Translations under genes and position numbers: made by a program
Notes under the pieces: model-generated
Databases searched by the model: none
The model's input: only the letters and a program-made list of their open reading frames with translations
What the model was told of the DNA's origin: nothing
From: the human T2T-CHM13v2.0 reference genome, Homo sapiens
Length of the DNA: 64,000 bases
Assembly (NCBI RefSeq): GCF_009914755.1
Contig: NC_060935.1
Reading direction: 5' to 3' (one strand)
Part shown: positions 13,444 to 25,385 of the stretch, piece after piece
Numbering within the stretch: position 1 is the first letter of the stretch
Layout of the letters: each line of letters begins with the position of its first letter

Positions 13444-13942
13444 TATTAAGCAGAACACCATGCACCAGTTGCCAATCCCTGGAGAAGACTCCAAATATTT
13501 CTGCCCATTGCATTTTGGTATTGCAGTTATCATGGGAATCACAACACAGTCAAGCACTGGATGGAACAACTCTTTATTCACATAGAGAGGAAACAGAGAA
13601 AAATTCATTCTGAGAGTATTTTTCAATACCCCATGGCCAGGGGGTCTCTCCCAGCAATGAATGCAGGGTAATTGTCCATGCACACTCCTTGAGTACCACA
13701 GAAGGTCCCTATTCCCTCCCCACAGTGGAGCTGGCCAAGTGCCAAGGGATACACTTGCTTAAACAGAACAAAGGGACATATACTAGGCTGGCAACGGAGA
13801 AAGATATTCTCACACAAGGCAATAGGCCCTGCACAGGTGGTGTGCACTCTTTTTATCTTGGTAAGAAAGTATTCCAGGCCCAAAATCCATTAGGTGGCTA
13901 AGTAGGAGAAAGACTGTACTCATGAGACTGTCTTTTCCAACA
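13444..13942 (-). mobile_element. Solo LTR, probably ERVL class; family uncertain
   Basis: 5-bp TSD tgaat (13439-13443 and 13943-13947) interrupts the L1. Minus strand starts TGTTGG and has AATAAA at 13573-13578. Confidence 0.75.
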
Positions 13943-16039
13943 TGAATGAATTAACGAAGTGTAGTTCATCCATACAATGGAATACTCATCATCAATAAAG
14001 AGAAACAAACTAGTAGTTCATGCAATGGCTTGGAAAAATTCCAAATGTATTATGCTAAGAGAAAGAAATTAGACTCAAAAGGTTTCATACTGTATCATTC
14101 CATTTAGGGCTTTCTGGAAAAGACAAAACTATAGGAATAAAAATCAGATCAGCAATTGCAGAAGATAAAAGAGACTGGCACAAATTACGTTTAGGCAATT
14201 TGGCGGAGGGGTTGATGAAAATTTTCTGTACCTAGTTCTGGTGATAAAAATGTGTATATTTGTCAAAAGCAATAAAGAGAGAATTTTTTCAAAAAGTGGA
14301 TTTTGTTGTATATAAATTTAGATGTCAGTTATAGGATAAGAAATACTATGGAAATTGTAAATAAAATATAAAATGTGAGGAAAAATTTTGTATAAATATT
14401 TAACTGAGAAGGACTCTAAATATAAATGTAATAAAAGGGGTTATGAGTGCAAATTGAATAGATTAAATAGATTAAAATGTAACATTTTCCTCTCTTAAAA
14501 ATAACAAACTGGGAGGAAGTATCTGGTAATCACAGATCTGACTTGTATCCAGAATATAGAAAGTAATCTTAGTACTCAACAACAAGAAAATAAACAATTC
14601 AATTTTTTACATTGGGAAAATTTTAAATAGAGATACCATAAAAGAGCTTAAGTCTTTAAGTTAGATATTAATATTATATTAATAATTAATAAAAAATGGC
14701 AATGCTAGTAGAAAAATGAATAATGGACAATAGCAAATTTCAAAAGAGAAATTTAGAGTAATAAATAAATGTAAGAAAAATACACACATTAAAAAAGCTG
14801 GTGAGAAATCTACCTGTAACCAGTCTCCTTCCCTTTCTTTATTTTATAATGTCAGCCATATGTTTCCAAGATTTTCATCACCTTTCTGTATTTATATGAG
14901 CATATTTTTCCTTGATTAATATGAAATAATTCCTGAGTAAATATTTTTTACCTGTTTATTTTATCTAACTTTCATCTACCTTGGTAGATGAAATGATCAG
15001 TATGGCAAGCATTATCAGATAATCTGCTTTTAGTACTATGAGGCTCTCAGCAGATTGCCTATAGAGCTGAAATCACAGCTCTTTCTTTGCAGCAAATTTT
15101 CAGTCTTTATTAAATATTACTTAATATTTCCATTAGGATGGAAGGTGGGGTGGGAGGAAACAAAACTAAACACTAGCCTTATTATAGAGAAATAGATGCA
15201 TGTATTTAATGAATAAAATGAATAAGCCTTTAATGAAGTGGTTTGGGTACACAGGGAATTTCTGGAGAAATGCTTGAGATTTCAATATGAAAGACTGGAG
15301 AGGAGATGGTATGAGAATTTTGACATGAGCCAGCCAAGTCTTAGACAAGAATAGAAGCATCTTTTGCTAGGCATGAAATAGACAGCATGCAATTTTTGGC
15401 TGTTTGATTGCCAACAAAGAACGCTATGAGGCAGGGAAGAGAGAGAAAAGGAGCATGAAATAAAGGAAAAAGAAGGTCTTAACAGAAACAAAAATGTGAA
15501 GAGCAAGCAATGCGTAAATATTAGGTAGAGCACATGAATAAATAAAATGGAATTGCAAATATGCATTGAAGAGATTATGGCAATAGGAAAAAAGTGAGTA
15601 AAAACTGTACATTTTGTATATTTCTCTAACTCATATTATTCATTCATTCTACCAATATGTATTAGTCAGCTCTTTTGTGAATAGGACCCCAAATTGGCAT
15701 AGTTCTATATAAGAATAACATACACTGAATTAACCTTATAAAAAGCCTTCCTTATATTTACATTTAAACAACAACCCTGGAATACAATTCTTTCCTCATT
15801 TTAAATTTGAAATTTCTGAATTACTTTAAAGTTATTTCTGAGCAAGAACTTGGTAGGAGGTCTCCTGACCCTGGTCCATTGTGTTTCCCACAAAACCATT
15901 TGACTTATATCATGACAAGACATGTGGCTTCAAAAATTTGTTATCCTATCGGGAAATCTTAAGCAAATAGAATGTTTTAAAGGAAGCAAGATTTACTGAC
16001 AAAGGAGAGGTACGAACAATTAAGTGTGTTGGGAAGTGT

Positions 16040-16230
16040 CTAGACTTTAAAGTCTTATTGGATTGGGTTCAATTCTATTTCTGCACATACTATTTGTGTA
16101 ACTTTACACAAATTACTTTAACACTCAGTGTACTGTCTGGGGAAAAAATTGCAATACCTATCTTATAGAATTGTTGTGAAATTAAATAGTTAATATAGGT
16201 CAAGAAGGACACAACACTGACCCTAAATAA
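16040..16230 (+). mobile_element. MIR relic
   Basis: ttgggttcaattc...tgtgtaactttacacaaattacttta...gttgtgaaattaaat. Confidence 0.55.
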
Positions 16231-17201
16231 ATGACAGGAATTATGGTAAAAGGTAATAACATTGTATATTACAGAAGTCCAGGAAAGCCTAAATGAAGGT
16301 GGTGTTTTCTTTGATCCCTTAGTAGGATTTATATAGTCAGGGGAAGGACATTAAGTGACATGTATTTTTCAGTGTAAGCTTCAAATTTAAAAAAAATATA
16401 TTATTAAAAATAAGACTGTGTTAACTCCATCTCATTTTCTTTTAAAGGAATCCTCTTAAAAACTTTAATTTTTAATGGATTTGAGACTTTAAAAGTTTGA
16501 GACTGTCATAATGATTTTAAACAATTTCTTTAAAAATGTTACCATGCTCAACCATAATAGGCCTAAAAAAAAAAAAACTGTCACCTTGATTTCTTCAACT
16601 ATGATGATCAACAAGAGATGAACTTGATGGATTTAATAACTGTAGAAAGTTACTTGGCAGAGGGCAAAAGATAAACATCTTCTGCGATAAAATAATGATA
16701 TTAAACTATAAGATATCAAAAGAATCTGAAAACTTAAAAAGCAAGTTAGTTTGGTTTCAGTTATATGGAATAGCAAGCAAGCACGTATTTATTTTCTCTT
16801 CACTAGAAGAAAAGCAGTAACTCTTCAAAAAGATGAAACCGAGTTCAAGTATAAATGGAGACTGTAGTAACAAAGGATGAAAACCATGTGAACTCAGTTC
16901 TCTTAGACTTTTCTAGTTCTCATTTAAATAGTGGCCATTTGTTTTGCTCTTGCTAACTTCAGCTTCAATACTCCAATTTCCTATGGGAGACTTTCAGGTT
17001 TTGTGAAACACAAAACAGAAAAAAAAATCCTTATTGTTCTGTGAAAATTACAAACTAATTATTTAAAAATTTTGAATACAAATCATATCCTACTTAAGAA
17101 AGAATCCAATGGCATAATAAGTACTTATATAAAACTGAGGCTTTGGAGTTCTTAGAAATTTTTCATTTTCTATACAAAATACAAATCAGAATTGATGGAA
17201 T

Positions 17202-17845
<644 letters not shown>

Positions 17846-18004
17846 TCAGCCCCTTGTAAAATTGTGTGGAGACTACAATTTATTTATTATATTAATAAAT
17901 ATGTCAGGCTATCAATAGCTAATAATTTCAATAATTTCATTGAATTCAAGATCAAACAGCTGATGTTATGTTTATTATTATTATTAATTATTTGTATTTC
18001 CATA

Positions 18005-20201
18005 TGACAAGGTTTGGCTGTGTTCCCACCCAAATCTCAAATTGTAGCCCAAATAATTCCCACGTGTCATGGGAAGGACCCAGTGGGAGGTAACTGAATC
18101 ATGAGGGTGGGTCTTTCCCATGCTTCTCATGACCGTGAATAAGTCTCACAAGATCTGATGGTTTTGTAAAGGGGAGTTTCCCTGCCTATGCTCTCTCTCC
18201 TGCCTGCCAACACGTAAGACATGACTTTGCTCCTCTTATGCCTTCTGCTATGATTTTTGAGGCCTCCCCAGCCACATGCAACTGTGAATCCATTAAACCT
18301 CTTTCCTTTATAGATTAACCAGTCTTGGGTATGTCTTTAATAGCAGTGTGAGAACAGACTAATACAGTAAACTGGTACTGGTTGAGTGAGGTACTTCTGT
18401 AAAGATACCCCAAAATGTGGAAGCAACTTTGGAAGTGACTAACTGGGAGACAATGGAACAGTTTGGATGGCTCAGAAGAGGACAGAAAGATGTGGGAAAG
18501 TTTGGAACTTCCTAAAGACTTGTTGAATGGCTTTGACCAAAATGCTGATCATGATATGGACAATGAAGTCCCATTCAGGTGATCTCAGATGTAGATGAGG
18601 AACTTGTTGGGAACTAGGTCACTCTTTCTATGCAAAAAGACTGTGGGCATTTTGTCCCTGCTTTAGAGATCTGTGGAACTTTCAACTTGAGAGAGATAAT
18701 TTGGGGTATCTGGTGGAAGAAATTTCTAAGCAGCAAAGAATTCAAGAGGTGACAGGGCATAAAAGTTTGGAAAATTTTCAGCCTGATGATGCAGTAGGAA
18801 AGAAAAACCAATTTTCTGGGGAGAAATTCAAACCAGCTGAAGAAATTTGCATAAGTAACAAGAAGTCAAATACTAATCACCAAGACAGTGGGGAAAATGT
18901 CTCCAGGGCATATCAGAGACCATCATGGCAGTCCCTCCCATCACAGGCATGGAGGCTTAGGAGGAAAAAAATGGTTTAATGGGCAGACCCCAGGGCCCAC
19001 TTGCTGTAGGCGGCCTCAGGACATGGTGCCTTGCATCCCAGCTGTTTCATCTGCAGCCCCAAGCCTTGGCAACTTACACATGGTGTTGGGACTGTGGGTG
19101 CACAGAAGTCAAGAATTGAGGTTTGGAAACTTCCATATACATTTTAAAGGATGTATGGAAATGCCTGAGTGTCCAGGCAGAAGTTTGCTATGGGGTCAGG
19201 GCCCTCATGGAGAACCTCTGCTACAGCACTATGGAAGGGAAATGTGGGACTGGAGGCCCCACACAGAGTCCCCACTAGGGCACTGCCTAGTGGAATTGTG
19301 AGAAGAAGGCCACTGTCCTCCAGAAACCCAGAATGGTAGATACACCTATAGCTTGCACTGTATGCCTGGAAAAGCCACAGATACTCAATGCCAGCTCATG
19401 ACAAGAGCTGGAGCCCTACACTGCAAAGTCACAGGGGCAGAGTTGCCCCAAGACATAGGAACCCACCTCTTGCATCAGCATGACTTGGATGTGAGACATG
19501 GAGTCAAGGGAGATCATTTTCGAACTTTAATGACTGTTCTATTGGATTTTGGACTTGCATGGAGCCTGAAGCCCCTTTGTTTTGGCCAATTTCTTCCATT
19601 TTGAATGTGTATATATACCCAATGCCTGTACCCCACTGTGTCTAGGAAGTAAGTAACTTGCTTTTGATTTTACAGGCTCATAGGAGGAAGGAACATGCCT
19701 TGTCTCAGATGAGACTTTGGACTGTGGGCTTTTTAGTTAATGCTGAAATGAGTTAAACCTTTTGGGGACTGTTGGGAAAGTATGATTGTGTTTTGAAATG
19801 TGAAAGGGACATGAGACTTGGGAGGGGTAAGAGGTAGAATGACACAGTTTGGCTGTGTCTCTACCCAAATCTTGAATGATAGCTCCCATAATTCCCATGT
19901 GTCATGAGAGGGACCCAGTGGGAGGTAACTGAATGATGAGGGTGGGTCTTCCCTATGCTATTCTTGCGGTAGTGAATAAATCTTATGAGAGCTGATGGTT
20001 TTATAAAGGGGAGTTCCCCTGCACATGCTCTCTCTCTTGCCTGCTGCCACATAAGACATGACTTTGCTCCTCCTCTGCTTTCCGCCATGATTCTGAGGCC
20101 TCCCCAGCCATGTGGATTTGTGAGTTCATTAAACCTTTTTCCTTATAAATTACCCAGTCTTGGATATGTCTTTATTACCCGCATGAGATCAGACTAATAT
20201 A
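18005..20201 (+). mobile_element. Complete THE1 (THE1B-like) MaLR: 5'LTR 18005-18366, internal 18367-19839, 3'LTR 19840-20201
   Basis: Two homologous ~360-bp LTRs, 5-bp TSD ccata (18000-18004 and 20202-20206), purine tract before the 3'LTR. Confidence 0.95.
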
Positions 20202-20693
20202 CCATATTTGTCCTTAAAATTGAATAATATTTCCACATTTCAAAATTTCCACATTACTGCCTTAACTGAATTACTCATTCCTAAGATCTGAAAAGAAGCC
20301 ATTTTTTAAAATAATATTTTATTTATATATGTTGATAAATGTTTCTGAATTTATATATATTATAAAATGAGGTACATCCCATTCTTGTTTTATCCTATTT
20401 TTTAGGCTCTAGTTTAAATCAGTTTAAATATATAATTGTTATGTTTTAGATCTTCCATCTACTGAACCACAACTCAATGTGCAGAAAGGAAAAAAATACA
20501 AACCAAGATTAAATCCTCTGAAGCATATGTTTTATAAAGACACAAGTGGCAACTCAATAAAAGTATTATGATTATTCCACTTAAATTTCATTATAATTAG
20601 AAATCCTTCTATAGAAAAATCCATTGATAACTTTGATTTTTAAATTACAGTCATCATTAGTAAAATTTCTGAATTCTATAGTAGGTACCATGG

Positions 20694-20721
20694 TTTTTTT
20701 TTTTTTTTTTTTTTTTTTTTT
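20694..20721 (+). repeat. poly(T) run, ~28 nt
   Basis: Directly visible. Confidence 0.95.
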
Positions 20722-21539
20722 GGTAAACCAGCTGTGTTTGAAGCTGGGAGTTAGGGGACTTCAGAAAGGTATTTAAATAGTACAGTATCCCTCCTTAAAA
20801 AGTTTTTCAGCTCCAGTAAGAGAAACAAATTAATATATAAATAAGGTTTCCACAGATAACCTGCCTTTAAAACAAACCAAACCAAAGAGGCAATATGCAG
20901 TTCTCATAAAAAAAAATCTCCAGTCTCTTTGATATAGAAGTTAAAAAGAAATCACTTAGGGAGATAGCAAGGGTTTGGGAATCCTCAGTCACACTTTTTA
21001 CCTCATGAAAAGCAGCCCCAAATCATTTACTAACAAAGAGCAGCCTGGAAAGTTGAGCTGCAGAGGTAGACAAGTGAGCTGAGAGCTTGCACAGGTGAAT
21101 GTTGGCAGGAACTGAGGACTAGACATTTTCAAGATGGCAGCTCCATTCTTCCCTTCTCTGCCAGCCATGTATACTGTAAAGAGCAGACGAGATGGTGCCG
21201 ATCAACTGGAAAGCCTATTTGCATAATAAGATTAAGGTGGGGTGACCAGCCTTCTCTGCACTCTATGTAAACATCATACCTGATCAAACCAATCTATGAG
21301 CCCTGTATAAATCAGACACTGCCTCCTCAAACTGGACTATATATTTTGGTGCATTTGCAGCCAGCCAGTCCTTTCCACTCAGAGACCTGTATCTCTATAG
21401 AGAAAGCTGTTTCTCTTTCTCTTCTCTTCGGCCTATTAAACCTTTGCTCGTAAACTTCTCATATGTGTCTGTGTCCTAAATTTTCCTGGTGCGTGACGAC
21501 AAACCCTGGGTTTACACCCCAGACATAGCTGCTTTATAA

Positions 21540-21557
21540 TGGGGGCTCGTCCGGGAT
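21540..21557 (+). promoter_or_regulatory. Primer-binding site complementary to tRNA-Pro
   Basis: TGGGGGCTCGTCCGGGAT lies 3 nt after the 5'LTR and is identical to the canonical MLV-type PBS-Pro. Confidence 0.95.
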
Positions 21558-22958
21558 AACAACATACAACATTCATCGAGATGGTGAGTAGAGGAGCAGA
21601 CTCCAACTCTGTCCTTTTATTCTGAGGCCCTTGGCTTCCATTTTAGAACCAGATCAAACCAAATACGGGGCCCCTTTCAGCCATTTAAAAATAATTAGCA
21701 TGGCTGCCAGCCTTACAAGACTTGGGGGACAGGATTGCTAGGGAGAACATGGAGCATCCCCCAGTACCCATGGGTCACTGGGCATACTGGCCCTGTTTGA
21801 ACCAGCTTCCTTTCACGGAGGACTTAGCTGTCATGTGGGGCTGGAAGAAGTCCTGGTGTACCTGAGGATTTCCGGCCAGGGTTACCACCATTGTTATCCA
21901 AAGGTATTTGGACGGACCCCAGCCTCTGACTACCCTGATGAGATGTCGGCAACAGAATCTCCAACTTTTTATCATAATTTCCTCCTTTCCTGTCTGCGAT
22001 CATCATATCTATTTCATCCTCTCTGTGTATGCAATGTATGGGAAATTTTATAGTTCAGGGAGGTAATCTTGTTTGGCAAGATCAGGGAATGTCATAGTAA
22101 CCAGCGATATAGCTCAAGGGAAGGCATCTTTGTGATTTTCGAGGAACAGAGGGTCACCCTCACCACAGGGAGCATCTCTCTCTGCCCTTGGTCTGAAAAG
22201 CACATGACATTTCAAGGCCAACAGCCCCACCTAGTGGAATAGGGATCTTTTCCATGAGGCACATCGTTGGTCCTTTACCCAAACACTCTAGCTAACCAAT
22301 TCTCTCCCTTTTTGCATCCCTCTACTAGACACCATGCTTTATGCTGCTTCTGTTAACAGGAAAACTCTAGCTTCAACAATTAGGATTAAAATGTCTTCTG
22401 GAACCAAATGTTAGTTCTTGATACTGTCCCATCAGCAGGAAAATTGCCATTTAGTCCATACATTTTTAAGACACCTATTCTGCCTCCAATTAGAATGGTA
22501 CTTAATTAGTAAGGGGATTTTAAGTCTGAAAGTTAACCAGAACCATTCTCTAAGGGAAAACGCTTTAGTACAGCCCATAATATCAGGTATAGATTTCAGT
22601 CTAGCCCCTCCATTAAAGAGGGCTTGCCCAACTATTATGTAGTTTTTTTTTTGAGATCTATTTTTCAGGGAGCCAGACAGGTCACACAAGTCTAGGAAGT
22701 CAAAGGGAAATCACAGGCAGAGGACAGAGGACTAGAGCCACTTGGGTGAGTGTGACAAACCCCAATCTCTAAGTGCCTCTGTTTCCATAGCTGGCAGTCA
22801 TGCCTGCAACTATGGGTGGCATGTTCAACAAGGTGCCGGGACCCAGGAACCATGGAAGGAATATAGCAAGGGGAATGCCCCCACTGTCTTCCTCTCCACT
22901 CTGTCACACGAAAAGGAAGGAGACTAAAGGGATACTTTTTTGTCATTTCTCTTTCTAG

Positions 22959-23690
22959 ATGGGTACCATATTCAGCCTGCACTCCCCTGGAGTGCATTCT
23001 GAAGCACAGGGACTCCTCTTAACCAGAGACTTTAAAGAAAAAGCAGCTCATTTTCTTTTGCACAAGGGCATGGCCTTTTTACTAGATCCTTGCAAGCACT
23101 GCAAAATGAATCCAGCTCTTTTAGCAATCATATCAGGCAGGCCAAAAGAGAATAATTCCCCAAAATGAGAAAAGCAACTTCCAGGGGAACCACCCGAGGC
23201 AGCTATTGTGTGTACCAGCCCTTCCAGTCTGCCTTAACCGGGGCCACCTCCAACCATGCCACCAGTTCTTCTACCTCCACCATCTCTAAAATTTTCCATT
23301 CCATCACCTTCTCACTTACCCCTACAGAAAATACATAATTGAGGTGATGCCACCAGGATTCAAGTACCCTTCTCATTGCAGGACCTCAGGCAATTAAAGG
23401 GAGACTTAGGCCAATTTTCTAATGACCCTGATAGGCATATAGAAGTTTTCCAGAATTTAACTCAGGTATTTGACCTCTCATGGAGGGATGCTATGTTGCT
23501 CCTAAGCCAAACCCTAACTGCAGCTAAAACAGACAGCTCTGCAAGCAGCAGAGAATTTCTGAGGTGAGCAATAGGTCTCCTATAGTAGGCCAAATGGGAA
23601 AAGAGAAGATAGAGAAAGTGAAGAAACAGGGGAAACACCATTCCCAGCAGGAAGAGAGGCAATACCTCTTGAAACCCTAATGGGAAGCCC
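22959..23690 (+). pseudogene. gag: Disrupted class I ERV gag (MA, Pro-rich region, CA N-terminus)
   Basis: MG start at 22959. Frame 23376-23567 (DLRQLKGDLGQFSNDPDRHIEVFQNLTQVFDLSWRD) resembles HERV-W/ERV9-group capsid. Stops and frameshifts present. Confidence 0.85.
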
Positions 23691-24224
23691 CAGACTCTTC
23701 TATGGTGTTTTTCCTTTTTTCACTGTTTTCAATGGCCCTTTTATGATGTTCATTCAACCTGGGAGAAGTTAATTTACCCAAACCTTAAAATGCTTGGCTT
23801 ACAGTTGAGCTGGGGGAGAAAGAAAACCCAGAAGCATGACATGCCGGCAAAAAGGTAAAAGTTTTTTTTTACTAGTTGGGTTTTTGGCTTCTCTATCCCT
23901 GTGCAAACCGGTAAAAGAAATAATAAGGATCACTATTTATATTTTCTGAAAAGTTTTAATTAATGAGAAAGGATTTGTGAGGTTGGCCTTAAGTTGTAGA
24001 CAATCTGGTGTGCTTTGTGTGTCTTTCTGTATGGTTCTGTCCAAAGAAAAGTTACTTTAGGTTAGGATGCAGACCCAGGACCCCCTAAGCCTGCTGTTCA
24101 AGCCAGCCCAACAAAATGATCAGTAACAAACTTGGCTAAAGGCCTCCATCTTGCTTCTTGTCCTTGGGAACATGACCTGTAACCATGTGGCGAATAATTT
24201 GTTTTAGTCTCCACCATTTTACAA

Positions 24225-24661
24225 TGTTTGCTGACTTCTTATGCTAAGTCAGTTTCTGGGTAATGGCCACAAAATCAGATAAGCCAGTTTGTCAATAAGG
24301 GAGCTGCCAGCTGATTGATCAAGGGCAGGGTTTACAAAATATCTTAAGCACTAATCTTGAGGGCTAAGTTAAGAGGTGGTCAAAATCTTGTAGCCTCCAG
24401 CTGTGTGACTCCTAAGCCATGGATTTTAATCTTGTGGCTAGTTTCTTGGTCTAGTACCCAGGCAAGAGGAAAGTATATTTTAAGAAAGGGCTGATATCAT
24501 CTTTGTTTTAGAGTCTAAACTGTAAACCAGGTGCCTCCCAAAGTTGGTTCAGCCTACACCCAGGGATGGACAAGGACAGCTCGCAGGCTTGAAAAAAAAT
24601 AGAGTTCTTTGGGTCAGATCTCTTTCACTGTCTCAGTCACAATTTTGCAATGACAGTTTCA
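24225..24661 (-). mobile_element. LTR8-like fragment (U3 side) embedded antisense in the provirus
   Basis: Minus strand begins tgaaactgtcattgcaaaattgtgactgagacagtgaaagagatctgacc, matching the LTR8 5' end as I recall it. Confidence 0.8.
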
Positions 24662-25348
24662 AAAGCTGCTTATCACCCCTTTAAAAACACCTCGTACACT
24701 CACTGTTACATCGTAACATAATTAAGGCTTGTTGGTTTCACCTGTGAGGTTACTTTTTGTAAAGTTCAGAAGCTGAAAATCTTAACTGCTTGGCATAGCT
24801 AAAGTTGAGTAACAGTGGATTTAAAGGGATTTTGTTAAAGAGTGCTCAGCTTAATTAAAACTGGGTATTCAAGTAATAAATATATTTAAAAGGCCTTTAT
24901 ATTTTTCTCTTCTTGGATCTTGTTTTCTGGAAAAAAATTTTTATTTTTCTCAGTTGACTAAATCATCTTTCTCCATTTTATTTCTTGACACTCTTAATGC
25001 ATGTGTGAGAGGCCCTAAGATAACTTCTGGTAGTCCTTGGGAAAAACAGAGGAGGTGCCACAGACCCCATTGTGGGGAAAAAAGCAAACAAACAAACAAA
25101 AAAAACCCTTTCTTTTCCTCATGAAACCCCAGGAATTAAGAGCAGATAGTGCCCTCTCTAAATTAAAGGTTCTGTTCAGTTTTGCTTTGTGTGTTCTGAC
25201 CATTTTGAGTTTTGGGTGTATCAAAATACTTCACATTAGGAGAGAGCTTTGATGTGTAATAAGTAGGCAGGAAATACACTTTAAGGGATGGCAAATAGTA
25301 GTTATAAATCAGAGAAGCATGCTCTTGGCCACCTGAAAGATATGGAAA

Positions 25349-25385
25349 CATCCCCACATCCCCACATCCCCACATCCCCACCCCC
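25349..25385 (+). repeat. (CATCCCCA)4 tandem repeat plus C5
   Basis: Directly visible. Confidence 0.95.

Noticed and set aside
16590-16900. Purine-rich, coding-looking stretch (YDDQQEMNLMDL...)
   Set aside because: Short, stop-interrupted, with no convincing splice sites or recognisable homology.
18701-19604. ORFs in the THE1 internal region
   Set aside because: Fragmented MaLR internal frames with stops and shifts; no intact product.
21540-21557. tRNA-Pro gene
   Set aside because: Only the 18-nt complement of the tRNA 3' end next to an LTR, so it is a PBS.
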